Assembly: GCA_028023455.1 (NCBI GenBank)
Contig: JAQFVV010000003.1
Location: forward strand, 19,220,001 to 19,284,000
Reading direction: 5' to 3'
DNA length: 64,000 bases
Source: Epiperipatus broadwayi
Lineage: Eukaryota > Animalia > Onychophora
Shown here piece after piece: positions 1 to 13,731 of the stretch. Every line of letters begins with the position of its first letter. Position 1 is the first letter of the stretch. Below the pieces are notes generated by a model, which worked only from the letters and a program-made list of their open reading frames with translations, was not told the DNA's origin and made no database searches. The position numbers and the translations under genes are program-made.

Positions 1-481
1 TAGCATATCTGAGAATAAATGAAAGCTTTTTTTTTTTGCTAAAAGTGGAAATTATTGTTACATTATTATGTACAGAAGTAAATATTTTGTATTCTCAATT
101 CTTTAGTGGATTCATTAACTTTATAATATTGCCACAAATATTGTTTTTAACACATTTTTTTGCATCTAATGGTCATCAATTGATGAAATCTAATGAAATG
201 TAATCATTTTAGAAACTTCTTTCAAATAATAGTATTATCTCATACAAGCAAATAATTGTGAATAGAATTTTCATTCATTTAAAACTAAAATTTACTTACA
301 GAAGATTATTGAATGAGAAATGAATGATTCACTTTTATTTATTATACAGATCTAAATAATAATTTATTTATTTTATGTGGAATGCAATAAAAAAATTTGC
401 TGACAGATGTAAATATTTTCTGAATTCTTCTTTCTCTACAAAAGCTGGATTAGGGAATGAAAGAAAAAAAACTGACAATTA

Positions 482-3174
482 GTGAAGTTAGAAGAAAAGG
501 TGAAGAGATAATTGATTTAAAAAGTGGACATATACTCTATTATAAAGACACAAATATTGGAAATACAAGTGGAGTAGGATTCATTATAAATAAAAAGTGG
601 AAGAACAATATTGTGGATTGATGGTGTATCAGACAGAGTGCCAAGATTAGGTTTACAACTTAATAGCAGATACCAAATGCAGATAATTCAGGTTTATGCC
701 CCAACAAGTTCTCATAGTGATGAAGTAGTAGAAATTTTTATATGGATGTACAAAAGGCTTTTGATCAGAGTAAACAACATTTTAAATTTGTTATGGGAGA
801 CTTTAATGCTAGAATTGGTAAACAAATGAAAGATGAAAATGCTGTAGATAATAGAAATGAGAGAGGACATAGACTTGTGGAGTTTGCAGAAAAAGAAAAA
901 CTTTATATTATGAATTCTTTTTTTGAGAAAAATGTTAAAAGGAAATGGACATGGAAGCATCCAAATGAAGGTACAGCAGAATTGGATTATATTTTGACTA
1001 ACAGGAAATACATATTTCAAGATTGTAATGTTCTTAATAAATTTAACAAAGGAAGTGATCATCGATTAGTAAGATGTAAGATAAGTGTTAATGTAAAACT
1101 AGAGAGACAAAAATTATTAAGAAAAAACAATATTTACAGTTGATATTCCTAATCTTCAGAAACATTCTAATGAATTTAAATTAGAACTTACAAATCGGTT
1201 TCAAGTATTAGTAAATTTTGAACATGATTCAGATTTGAATGAAATTAATATGAAAAGAACTGATACACTTAAAAACTGCAACAAAGATAACGTAGAAATA
1301 AGCAGCAGTTGACAAAATTTCTACTGAGACTAGAAAATGTATGAAAAAAAGAAGGAATATGAAGATATACAAAAATGATGCATTAAAAAGGATTGAATAT
1401 CTCAAATTTTGTAAAATGGTGTGGAAAAGAGTTGAAAATGATAGAAGAAAGTATAACTGTGAACTAGCATGGAAAGCTGTAGAAGAAAATAAAAGTCTCA
1501 AGAATGTTAAACAACATTTTGGTATTAGTAGGAAATTTATATCTGCAATAAGAAAAAAAGATGGAATTATTACTAAAAAGAGAGATGACATCATGAAATT
1601 GGTAGAAGATTTTTATCAAGAATTATATAATAATAAAGAACAAGTACCTCCTATATCTATTACATCTCCCGAATTGTCCAGAATTTTAAATGAAGAAGTG
1701 AGACATACAATTAAATGTATGAAGAAAGGGAAGGCTCCTGGTAATGATGGAATTATAATTGATGTATTAAAAGAAGCAGGTGAAGAAATAGAATTTTTTT
1801 TAGCAAAGTTATATACCAAATGTCTAAATGATAAAGATGAACTGGATGATTGGAAGAATGCAGTAATAATACTAATATTTAAAAAAGGTGATAAAGAAGA
1901 TATTAGAAATTACAGACCTATCAGTCTTTTATCAGTTTTATATAAAAAAATTTACCAAGATAATTACAACTCGTCTACAGAGAACATTGGATTTCCACCA
2001 ACCAAGAGAACAAGCTGGATTTAAAAGTGGTTTTAGTATAGTAGATCATATCCAGATATTGAGAGAAGTTATAGAAAGGACAAATGAATATGAGTTGTCA
2101 TTATGTTTTGGATTTGTAGATTATGAAAAGGCATTTGATTCTATAAACATTTCTTCAGTGATTAAAGCATTGGATCATCAAGGTATAGATCCAGGATATT
2201 GTCATATTTTAAAGAATATTTATAAAAATGCAACAGCAATAAGTAGATTACATAATGATATTGGGAAAGTCAACATTGAAAAAGGTGTAAGACAAGGCGA
2301 CTCCATATCTCCAAAACTTTTTACAGCAGTGCTGCTGCAAAGTATTTTGTGGATTAAAATGGGAAACTACAGGAGTGAAAGTAAATGGAAATTATTTAAG
2401 TCATTTAGATTTCGCAGATGATGTAGTTGTTTTTGCAAATAATGCTTCAGAGCTTCAGGAAATGTTGCAGGAGTTATCAGATAAAAGTAGAACTAAAGAT
2501 AAATGTTAAAAAGACAAGTAATGTTTAATCGATTTGTTCAAAATATGAAAATAAAGATTGATTGTGATGAATTAGAAGAAGTTAATAATTACAAATACCT
2601 TGAGTCAGATTATTAATACAGATGGAAACATAATGGATGGAATTAAATTTTGTTGGAGTGCTTTTGGTAGAAATAACTTGATACTAAAAGGAAATATGCC
2701 TATGTGTTTGAAAAGGAAGGTTTTTAACAAATGTGTTTTACCAGTTCTTACTTATGGATATGAGACTTGGACACTTAATAGAAGAGCAATAGAGAGACTT
2801 CAGACCAGTCAAAGAAATATGGAGAGGTGTATGTTGGGAGGAACAAGAAGAGATCAAAAATGCAATGTATAGGTAAGAGAACAAACAGGTGTTACTGACC
2901 TCATTGAAAAAATTAAAAGATTGAAGTGGAGTTGGGTTGAACATATTGCTAGAAGAAATGATAATAGATGGACAATTGAAATTTTAATCTGGATTCCAAG
3001 AGATTGCAAAAGACCCAGAAAGAGATCACATGTAATATTAGTGGATGAAATAAGAAAGTGTGCAGGGGTGATGTGGAGAAGAGAAGCTAAAGATCAGAGA
3101 AGATGGATTAAACTTGGAGAGACCTTAATCCTGCAGTGGATTGATAATGGTTGATGATGATGATAATGGTGATG
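482..3174 (+). mobile_element. 5'-truncated, decayed RTE-clade LINE (APE-RT), copy 1
   Basis: ORF fragments 611-3154 carry APE motifs (QVYAPTS, GDFNARIG, LDYIL, SDHRLV) and RT motifs (YRPISLLS, QAGF, FVDYEKAFDSI, GVRQGDSISPKLF). Many frameshifts; (TGA)n-like tail at 3152-3174; roughly 90% similar by eye to 16100-18808. Confidence 0.95.
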
Positions 3175-3214
3175 AATTTTCTTTCCGTTCTACCTATCAC
3201 AACAATTTTATTTT

Positions 3215-3830
3215 ATGGATTGTTCTGTGATGATCGAAAAATTATTTAAACAAAAAATTTCTTGTTCCAGGACAAAAACAGAACAATTGTTAAAAAAAAT
3301 TATAGAACTATATTTAGTGGAATATCTCAAACTTGAATACTGGTTTGTGAGTTGCATTTCTATATTTTCCAATGTATCCATTCATAAGGATATAAACTTT
3401 TATCCTGCTTATTTGATGCTTTATGATTCAAAAGTGGAGTGAAGATAAAAATTCTTGACTTTGTGTTAGTAATAGGAAAAAACTGCTGAACTTATTTGTA
3501 GTTCGATTTTATAAATCCTTAAAGAATGTCATTAATCAGAAAAATTAATTGTATATTATTCAATTTTATTTACTAGTGCAAAGATTAAATGTGTTTAGTG
3601 TGTAAATCCAGTCTGTTTAAATTAATTGTATATTGTGTAAATAATTCTAATACAAATTTCAGGGTGTTGTACAAAAAATCTCAATAATATCTTTGCAAAA
3701 TTGAATAATAGCATAGATAAAAAAACCCATAGGAATTGAAAGTGTAAGATATAATCCACAATTCTTTTCAGACTGTGCCTTACCTTTTGCCTACAGATAT
3801 TGAAAATATAAATTTTAAAAACTTGTAGCC
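3215..3830 (+). pseudogene. Decayed hAT-like DNA transposase fragment
   Basis: Broken frames give KISCSRTKTEQLLKKII, SNVSIHKDINFYP, NSNTNF and IIHNSFQTVPYLLPTDIENI. These resemble hAT transposase segments of the type SCARTK..DASNHK..DNTNTNFG..HIIHN (recognised from memory, not searched). Confidence 0.55.
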
Positions 3831-4164
3831 ATTTTTTTTATATATACTGTGAAGCTGAAAATCTGCCCTGCAGATTTGCGCTTCACTTAGTGCCAATTAT
3901 ATAGTCACTAGAATGGGTTTGAATCCAAATTATATATATTTAATAGGGCAATAATATATATATATAGTGAGATATATGGATACACAAACATTTGGTTTGT
4001 TTGCCCATTTATCTCACACAAGGGTATGTGTGTATGAAAAGTAATATTTGAAAGTTAGTGGAATTTTATAATTTTATTTCAATGGCTTTCTAACCAATTT
4101 ATATTATATATAAAACAATTTATATTATATATATTTTGTAAATCTGCATGTAGTAATTTTATAA

Positions 4165-4350
4165 AAATAGAATGGTCAATTAAGAGATTAAACCATGGTA
4201 TTTTAAAGGTTTATTACCTCTAATTAATGTAGAAATACAATTGCCATTGAGAGACAAACCACGGTATTCTTAGAAGTTTTATTGCTTCTAATTTATGCAG
4301 AAATACAAATGTCATTTGGAAGACAAACCGCTCTAGCTGGGAAATTTTAT
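4165..4350. repeat. About 67-bp tandem repeat, about 2.5 copies
   Basis: The AAACC anchor recurs at 4190, 4256 and 4325 with similar intervening sequence (tttatt..ctaatt.atg.agaaatacaa). Confidence 0.75.
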
Positions 4351-7300
4351 TACTAGCGGTTTGTGAGTTTGAGTGATATTTAATAGTTAAGCAATACAAT
4401 TAGTTTTATTTTAAAAATTCGCGGACCTTTGTATCATTCTTAAAATACACACAAAGTCATAGATGTCAGGTTCTTAATTATTTTATCTGGTCGTTTTATT
4501 GCTCTGATCTTTTCATTCCTGCAGCGGCTGATTCTTTAATGTGTACTTGTATAAATAGTTAATATTTTATATTTTTTGGTCTAATTTTTTTGTTTCGTGT
4601 CCAGTCAAAGATACTTCACGCAAGTTTGCATTGTGCAGCAAAATCATGCAGGGGTGAAAAGAAATCGTCAGCCTCCTGCCTCTGGGAGGCTTATCTAGCT
4701 CACTGTGCCCAGTTAGAAACATCTAAACCTAATATGCGAATTGTCCAGAAAATGTGTGCTTAAAAGACTCTGCAATCTCTACAAATGCCTGTTTCAAACC
4801 CAAGCTAGCCCATGATCATGATCCACCGATTATCTACATCAATTATCTACATCGGCGTATCATCAAGTCCAAGGTAATATCTATCTTGCCGCCAGCTATG
4901 AACTCTGAATTAATAATTCTCCTAATTCTAAACTACATTGTACATCATTCCTTCTTTACTTAATGTTAAAGTTATCATATAAATACTAATAATGTCTGCG
5001 ATTTATTATAATATTTTGTTTTGATTATATTGTACGCCTTTCCTTCCTTCTTAATTTTAAAGCTGTTACATAACTGTAAATGCTAATAATGTCTGTGCGA
5101 TTTATTATAATGCTATATCAATTTTCTGTTTTAGTGCGGCAATTTAGAATTAATTGACTGTTTTATTTTATTATTCTAATTTATTTTGATATGCCAAAAA
5201 AGTATACAATCTAGCGAGTGAACTTACCCCCCTACAATAGTTTTCTCCTATTAAAAACTAAGGAGACTTAAATTTCCTTTAAAGTTTGGTTATAAACTCG
5301 CTCAGTTTTATACAAATTATTTTCAATAATGTTATTCTATAAATGACCAGAAGGTTTTGATATTTACATTAAATTATTACACCTAACTATAAAATTTAAT
5401 CCTCATCTCATTATTAACAGTTATCATTTTAACTAAGTACATCTCACCATCAGTGAATTTAATATGTAATTTCTAATTTTATTTTAATAATTGTAACGTG
5501 AAAGGCTGTTATTTTATAAGTAATCACAGTTATCTGTGCAATGACTGCTGGTAGAAATGTGGAGATATTTCTGAGGGGTGGGAGAGAGCAATTTATCCCT
5601 TTTAGTTTTAACTCTGACCCCTTTATGTGCGTTTATTGATCGTTAGTTAACTGCCCAGGATGATTTGCGTTTAAGCATTCCATTGCGCAGGAGAGCATCT
5701 TATAAGAGTCAGGTGTTTATTAATTTATCGTGGTCGTTAGTGGCACGAACTATTTATATGTTTTGGGGCGTTATAAGTGTATCATTGCAATCGTTATATA
5801 AATTTTCCTGCTTTGTCATTATTTTGGGATCTTCGGAATGACCAATCCCACTATTCATCATCCCTCTAAAAGTAGATGTATTTTCCTACTCGGGATCTTC
5901 TCCAGGCACCCCCAGTGAATCAGTGTATGGGAAACATACGGATGAACCGTCCCAACACCCATTTGTGCCATTACTCTTCTGAGATATGACCTTGGCCATT
6001 GTGCAGGCATACTCCTTTCGCACCAATATGACAAAGCCACTCAAGAGCGTCTTAAACGACCACCTCTCTAGATACGATTGTAAGTGATAACGTAATACCG
6101 CTTACTATTATTATTATTATTATTAAGTTTTCTATTCACCTGCAATGCTCTTTATTAGTCGTAATTGCATGTCATTCGCCATCCATTCGTTTAATTTTAA
6201 GTCAGATTATGTATTACAGCTTCTTTTAAGCTGAATAGTTTTGCTCCCACGCATCTGAGTAATCTCCAAAGTATCGCACATTTTTCAAATCACACAACTC
6301 AAATTCTTATTCATATATATCTAATGACCAATACAGCTTATTAATGTGAATATATAATATCTTAGATGAGGATTAAGTTCCAAGGTATTTGGTTACCTAA
6401 TTGACCTATTGATTCTTGGCATATTAACCGCACCACAATATCTGAGCAACCGCACGAATGATCCATTGTTCTAGATATGTAATAATTGCACCAACTAACT
6501 GTATGTAGTAACACTTTATGTATTTATATAAATTGTATGATTTATCGACTCATCTCTAAAGTGCGTGATTGCAAATTAAAGTTATAACTCCCATTGTCCA
6601 GACATTCTATACAGCTATTTTTGTTATTACCATATTTAATTGTTTAATAAATTTATATTATATTATTTTCTATATTCTCGCATTTGTTATTCATTGCCCG
6701 AATCTCTCTCGTATGACTGTTTAGGTTAAGTTAAATTATTTCAAATTCAATTAAAGATCTTATTGGTATTATTAATTAATTCATTTTATTTAAAGTTGCC
6801 TTGAGCGATATTAAGTATATAATTATTAATCTATTAAAGAATAGCCTACCCCGCACTTTAAGTAATATATTTTGTGATAATCATTGGCTAATTGTTTAAA
6901 TATTATCGATTTCCAAGTCTCTTTGCTCACCCTGATCTCATTGCTGGGACTGGAGGAAATGAAAGCTTACTAGTATCCTCAAAAGCGTTGTCCATATAGT
7001 CAGAGACCCTGGAGTACAGGCGAATAGGTTAGCGTTTAGTACTGTTCCAGACCTGTGTATCTCGCACATTGCTAGATTGCTATAGTTTGCTTGGATTCTA
7101 GGTCTTGTTGAATGAACACACGATTTTGACTGGTACAACTGTTAAGTAAAATCACTTCAAGCATTTTTATTTGGATGCAGATATAAAATATCACAAGATC
7201 TCAGATCAGAAAAACCAAATAGCTTTCTTTGATTCAAGCTAATGAAGGAATATTTTTATTGTATGCTTCCTTGAAAATATTTTCTTTCTACTGAGAAATA

Positions 7301-7639
7301 TTTCATCATTAGAGAATAATTCATTAAAGATTATTGTGGCTAAAAATTATGTACAGTCAGGCTTCTCTATCTCATAATATTATTAAAACATCAAAGAAAT
7401 TACAATTATGAAGTACAACAGAATAAATTAATTCATTAAAAAACAATACATGAAAATATTATAGGATGATTATGAACCAGTAATAATTAGAAATGATTAA
7501 CAAAACCTAGATAAAAATGCTAATGTTAATAAAATTGGTTTATATTATATATAGAAAATTGATCTGGTAACTGTCTCCAATATTTAGAATTGGGGTGGAT
7601 TGAAGTCAAAAAATCCAGTAAGTGAAATGATATAAAATA

Positions 7640-8245
7640 TATATTATAATGGTATGGAGAATAATGTGGAGATGGGACATCATTCCCACATTGACAGATA
7701 TAAAATACATATAGAATGAATATAGAATACAGTGAATAAGAACAAAGAATCAGCATGAACAAAACCATAAGGTGCATCTCCAGCATTACAGAAAAATAAT
7801 TAAATCAAAAATTCATTAGTAATCAACAATTAATAATAATCTGCAAAGAACAGTCAAAATCAACAGTCAACCTTGTGACTGGATTTAAACGAGATACACC
7901 AAAAAGGCTACCTATTTAGCCACTGCCAAACTCAGAGTAGAATGTAACAATTATGGTTGCACATACTTAGTGCTAATCCATCACTTATAAAAAATAATGC
8001 TGAGATACTGAAACATGCTGATTATCATCAATGTTCTAATCATATAGTACTATTAATGTACCAGCCATCTATAAACTAATTTTTTCATGAACAAGACAAG
8101 TTGCAGTGAATAGACATTAAAGGTGATATATTTGTACCATTCCGAGTTATTATCGGGATGTTCAAGCATAAACCTCATATGTTCTAATTAGCTCAGGGAG
8201 CAAGAACTGTTACTGTGAGCAAGAGATAAATAAATATAACAGCTT
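7640..8245 (+). repeat. Dispersed ~600-bp non-coding repeat (SINE-like or LINE 3' remnant), copy A
   Basis: Reverse-complement similarity to 14285-14850 and 20635-21250 (shared gaaacatgctgat, agcaagaac, gtgactggatt); ends in an AATAAA-rich tail. Confidence 0.7.
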
Positions 8246-8379
8246 ATCCTAATTTATTTTAAAATAACATTAGAATAACTTGAAAACAATCCATCAAACT
8301 CTAAACTGTTGAAATTAAGGCACACTGGCAATTCATAGAACAGGTAGTTGGGAGAATAACACTAGAACATTTTTAAAAC

Positions 8380-9081
8380 TGCTAAATATGTGTGTATATG
8401 CGTGTATATACAAAATACATTTAACTAGAAATAAAAATAAATGTAAAACTAACTGATTGCTAATATTGTATTGTAAATAATTAAAGGATATATTAACGCT
8501 AAACTGAAAGTAATTTATCAAGAAGGATTAGATAATGTAAACAAAGCCATTGCTTAAAATAGACAATGCTAAAGGCGTGGCATTATCTAATCAGGTATCG
8601 TATAGGAACTAGAGAGATGACCACCACGTGGACAGCGGATGGCCAATGAAGGGAGGCTACTCCAAAATCAAGGCATGACAAGTAATGGATCTAATGTTGA
8701 ACTGAGAGAGAACACTTGCTAAGTAAAGCTCTTGAAAGGTAGATGTGCCATTTCCTCGGGTGCTCCAGTCAGCTCCTTTGCTTCACCTAGCCTTGCGGAG
8801 AGGTTTACCTCCGGACGTGCCAAAGTAAACCTAGGGAACTATAACAGGTCATATCGATCTCTTTATTATTTTACTCTTCCTTCAGGCCCCTTATTTATAT
8901 ATAATAATAGCGTGTGTATATTAGTCACACTTTGTATATATTAATAGTGATTAACTCATATATAATCCTGTAAATAAATCTTCATTTTAAACCTACTTGC
9001 CGGGCTGCCTCATTAATTATCTTATATTGTGTTATTGATAGTTGCAATCCAGCGAGCAATAGAGTGCTGCTGGACACTGAA
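8380..9081 (+). repeat. 5' LTR
   Basis: Direct repeat of 13038-13731 (about 29 substitutions and 2 indels by manual count); begins TGCTAAAT and ends GGACACTGAA. Confidence 0.95.
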
Positions 9082-9082
9082 T

Positions 9083-9091
9083 TGGCGCAGT
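9083..9091 (+). promoter_or_regulatory. Primer-binding site TGGCGCAGT (probably tRNA-Ser)
   Basis: Lies immediately 3' of the 5' LTR and is complementary to a tRNA 3' end ...ACTGCGCCA. The Ser assignment is inference. Confidence 0.7.
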
Positions 9092-9286
9092 TACAGTTGA
9101 TTACGAACCACAATGGTGTAATTCTCAGTAATAACAATCAACGCATTGACAGCCTAATACGTTGGTGTCTAATTATTTGATTTCGTAAGGAGATAAAACT
9201 ACTAAGAAAAATATTTTTATATTTTGTTAAATTGACTAAGTTATCGTAATATTTTTATATTTTTGTTAAATTGACTAAATATCGTA

Positions 9287-10051
9287 ATGCAGCTGGCAAT
9301 ATCCGAATTTGACATCAGAGAGGCGAGTGAGTGGCCCCTGTACGTCCAACAAATTGAAAAACTGTTAATTATTAACAGAGTAAAAGACGATAAAAGCAAA
9401 ACAGCGACCTTATTGTGTTTCGACTATTTTAATCCTCGCGAGTCTAGACACATTGCCAGACTCCACTTTAGAAATCGCCGCCAAGGCAAGAATGAGCGGA
9501 CACAAGATTATGATACTGCCCTGCGGGAACTCGCAAAAAACTGCGTCTACGATTCATACCTGGAGGAAGCCCTGCTCGAACAATTTTTATGTAGAATGAG
9601 CAGTGACAGTCTGAGACAGCAATTATTGGCAGATACGGATATTAACTATAAAGTAGCTATCAAACGTGGTATAGCTCACGAACTTGTGTTGCAGCAATCC
9701 AAGGAATTTGTGGCCATGAAAATAGTGGACAACGATCCTTATGAAGTCCACAAAGTAGACAAACCAGGTAGAAGGGTGCCTGATCAAAGTGGAACAACAG
9801 ACATTAAGAAAAGTCAAATTAAGTGCTTTTGCTGCGGAAAACTAGGTCACATGGCACGTGACTGTTTTTATAAAGACCAACGCTGTAAACACGCAATAAA
9901 TTTGGTCACTGGGAAAAAATGTGTAGAAATAAAAAATTCAATAATTATACAAAGAATAACAGCCAAGAGAGCATTACGAGAAAACATAAACAAGAGGAAT
10001 TTTCAGCAATTAATAATGTGTCTTCGGACCAATCACATAAATTTGAAATAA
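9287..10051 (+). pseudogene. Gypsy gag with CCHC zinc knuckles
   Basis: W..Y..IE..L..N.V N-terminus and CFCCGKLGHMARDC knuckle. A second knuckle is broken by a 1-nt deletion near 9890, and there is an apparent in-frame deletion after ATLLCF. Confidence 0.85.
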
Positions 10052-12860
10052 CTGTCAAAATTTACGGAAAAACCCTATTGATGGAAATTGACAGCAGTAG
10101 TGGGATGTCTTTACTTTCCATTAAAGATTGGAAAACCATTGTGGCAGATATGAGACAGCCACCTAGACTGATGCATATGAATCTGAAGACTCGAGACATC
10201 AATGGTAATGCTATAAAAATTAAAGGAGTAATTCAGGCTCCAATTACTTCAAACAATGCGAAAAAATAGTTACATTGCCGTTATATATAGTACACGCCCC
10301 TATAAATCCGCTTATTGGCCGTGATTGGTTTCAGCAACTGGGAATAAAAATTGCTTGGGTCAAAAATATTGACATTGAAAAAAACATCAGACAGTGTTTT
10401 CCTAAACTTTTCGATGGAGAACCGGGAATGATAAAAACAAAACCAGTTTCATTAGAATTATCGCCCGAAGCAGTGCCTATAATTTGTAGACCACGAAAGA
10501 TTCCTTACGCTCAGAAAGAAAAAATAGTGGAGGAAATAAAGCAATTGGTTAAAGATGGCATGCTTGAAGCAACAGAAGAAGCCGAGTGGGCTACCCCACT
10601 GGTTGTAATAACCAAGCCAAATGGACAAATACGTTTGTGCGGCGATTACCGTGTATCAGTCAATAAAGCACTAAACAAACACGCATACCCCATTCCTAAC
10701 TCAAGAGAAATCATAGCGTCGCTCCAAAAGTCTAAATATTTTTCAAAATTAGATCTCAACTTGGCCTTCCACCAAATCCCGGTGACCAACAAAGCTGCGA
10801 ACATTCTAACACTTACTACACACATAGGTTTATTTAGATGCAAATGTCTACCATTCGGAATAGCTTCAGCACCAAGTATATTCCAAGCAAAAGTGGAGAC
10901 TCTTCTAAACGGACTCAAAGGCATCATCCCCTACTTTGACAATATATTGGTTACTGCTAATTCAGAAAATGAATTGAGCACTCGTATCTCAAAAGATTGC
11001 CAAAGACTGGAGGAATTTGGAGCAAAATTAAATGCGAAAAAATGTATTTGGAAGGCTACTGAAATAAAATTTCTGGGTCACATAGTGTCAAACTCAGGAA
11101 TAAGCCCTCCCCTGAAAAAGTCAAAGCAGTATCTGACGTCAGAAGACTGAATAACATAAAACAACTACAGGCCTTTTTGGGCCTGGTGAACTATTTTGAA
11201 AACTTCCTGAATGGCAAAGCACACATAGCGACACCGCTGTACGATTTATTAAAAAAAACCAGAAATGGAATTGGGAATCAGCACAAGAGCAAGCATTTCT
11301 CCACACCAAAGCCCTTCTCACATCAAATAAACTACTGGTCCATTATGACAGCGAGTGTGAGGTAACTGTGACAACTGATGCATCAGAAAATGACGTGGGG
11401 GCAGTGATATGCCATCTATCCCACTCCGGAGAATGTCCTATAGCATACGCATCATGCACCATGTCCAAGGCAGAAAAGAACTACAGCCAGCTAGACAAGG
11501 AAGCCCTCGCCATAGTGTTCGGAATTCGTAAATTCCACCAATATCTATATGGACGTCCTTTCCAATTAATAACTGACCATAAGCCACTCTTGGGAATTCT
11601 AGGCACAAAACAGATGCCTGAACATTTAAGCCCTCGTATGTTGAGATGGCTTAACATACTCGCAGGTTACAATTATAACCTCGAATACAAAAAGGCACGA
11701 AAATCGGTCATGCCGACGCGTTATCGCAAATGCCAGATCAGCTCGAGAAAGAAGTAAACGATGTAGAAATTAACTATATCAACGCACTAAACAGCCAGAC
11801 ACTTAACAGCACAAAGGTAGCCACATGGACCAGAGAAGATGCTGGCTACAGATGGATCATGGAAAAAATCAGCAAAGGTTGGCCAAAACAAAGACCATCT
11901 TTCTTGCACATAGAACTATGAAAAGCTCGAGAACAAATGTCCATTTGCAAAGACTGTATACTCAGAGGCGATCAAGTACTAATCCCCGTAAGCGGCAGAT
12001 CGCAAATACTTAATTTATTGCACGAAGGGTCATCCAGGCATTGTAAGAGCGAAAGCGTTAGCTCATAGTTATGTCTGGTGGCTGAAAATTAACAGTGACA
12101 TAGAACAATGCATAAAAAACTGCACAAACTGCCAGTCATGTGCAAATGCACCCTCAGCTAAATTCGAGTCCTGGCAAAAAGCAGACAAGCCATGGCAGAG
12201 AATTCATATAGATCACTGCGGTCCTATTCAAGGACAATTATTTCTAGTAGCAGTGGATACCTATTCAGGATGGGCCGAATATAAAATAGTTAAAAACACA
12301 GGTTCGGATGAAGCCATCGACAAACTGTTGGAAATGTTCGCATACCACGGTCTCCCAGAAACCCTAGTATCCAACAACGGCACTGGTTTTACATCAGAAA
12401 AGTTTGCTTACTCTATGCACGAATGGGGAATTAACCACATACTTACTCCACCTTACCACTCCCAATCAAATGGACTGGCTGAAAAAACTGTATAGAATTT
12501 TAAATCCGCCATCAATAAAATGGGAAAACAAAGTCTGCACGAAGCGGTCTTTAATGCGCTTCTTTATCAACACTCTATGCCTACAGCTGAGTCGGATAAA
12601 TCACCCGCAGAGAAATATCTAGGTCGTAGACTGCGAACAAAGCTTGACAAAATTATACCAACGAAGGACACCGAAGTACCTTCAGGCAGAAACTATAAAT
12701 TCTCACCACAAGACCGCGTATGGGTTAGAAATAATCAGGATAGATTCTGGATTAAAGCGGAAATTGTGTGACATTTAAGTAAGCAAGTGGTTGCTGTATG
12801 AATGGAGAATGGAAGAGAGTTACGCAAACACATAAATCAATTGCGTAAAGACGAAAGTAT
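10040..12860 (+). pseudogene. Gypsy pol (protease, RT, RNase H, integrase), frameshifted
   Basis: Protease MEIDSSSGMSLL; RT RLCGDYR, LDLNLAFHQI, LPFGIASAPSIFQ, YFDNIL (catalytic DD changed to DN); RNase H TDAS..EALAIVFG..TDHKPL; integrase HEGHPG..C..C, PWQRIHID, PYHSQSNGLAE. Confidence 0.92.
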
Positions 12861-13037
12861 ATAACAAACGCCGCAGCCATTTCCGTGAAAAGATGACGCT
12901 CCAGACGCGGAATTGGACATCCCCCAACGTTCTAAGAGGGAAAGTAAAATTCCCTCCCACCTCAGTGATTACATGCTAAGTTCAGAAAAAAAAAAAATCA
13001 ACAAACTAAAATGCTATCTCTGAACTTGGGGGAGGTG

Positions 13038-13731
13038 TGCTAAATATGTGTGTATATGCGTGTATATACAAAATACGTTTAACTAGAAATAAAAATAAAT
13101 GTAAAACTGATTGCTAATATTGTATTGTAAATAATTAAATGATATATTAATGCTAAACTAAAAGTAATTTATCAAGAAGGATTAGATAATGTAAACAAAG
13201 CCATTGCTTAAAAGAGACAATGCTAAAGGCGTGTCATTATCTAATCAGGTATCGTATAGGAACTAGAGAGATGACCATCACGTGGACAGCGGATGGCCAA
13301 TGAAAGGAGGCTACTCCAAATCAAGGTGTGACAAGTAATGGATCTAATATTGAATTGAGAGAGGACACTTGCTAAATGAAGCTCTTGAAAGGTAGATGTG
13401 CCATTTCCTCGGGTGCTCCAGTCAGCTCCTTTGCTTCACCTAGCCTTGCGGAGAGGTTTACCTCCAGACATGCCAAAGTAAACCTAGGGAACTATAACAG
13501 GTCGTATCGATCTCTTTATTATTTTACTCTGCCCTCGGGCCCCTTATTATATAATAATAGCATGTGTATATTAGTCATACTTTGTATATATTAATAGTGA
13601 TTAACTCATATATAATCCTGTAAATAAATCTTCGTTTTAAACCTACCTGCTGGGCTGCCTCATTAATTATTTTATATTTTGTTATTGATAGTTGCAATCC
13701 AGCAAGCAATAGAGTGCTGCTGGACACTGAA
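13038..13731 (+). repeat. 3' LTR, preceded by polypurine tract GGGGGAGG (13028-13035)
   Basis: Direct repeat of 8380-9081, with the PPT just upstream. Confidence 0.95.

Larger units (their letters stand above)
8380..13731 (+). mobile_element. Full-length but decayed Ty3/Gypsy LTR retrotransposon (Mag / K02A2.6-like)
   Basis: Two ~700-bp LTRs, PBS, PPT and a 5-bp TSD AAAAC (8375-8379 / 13732-13736). Domain order is gag-PR-RT-RNaseH-IN. Confidence 0.95.
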
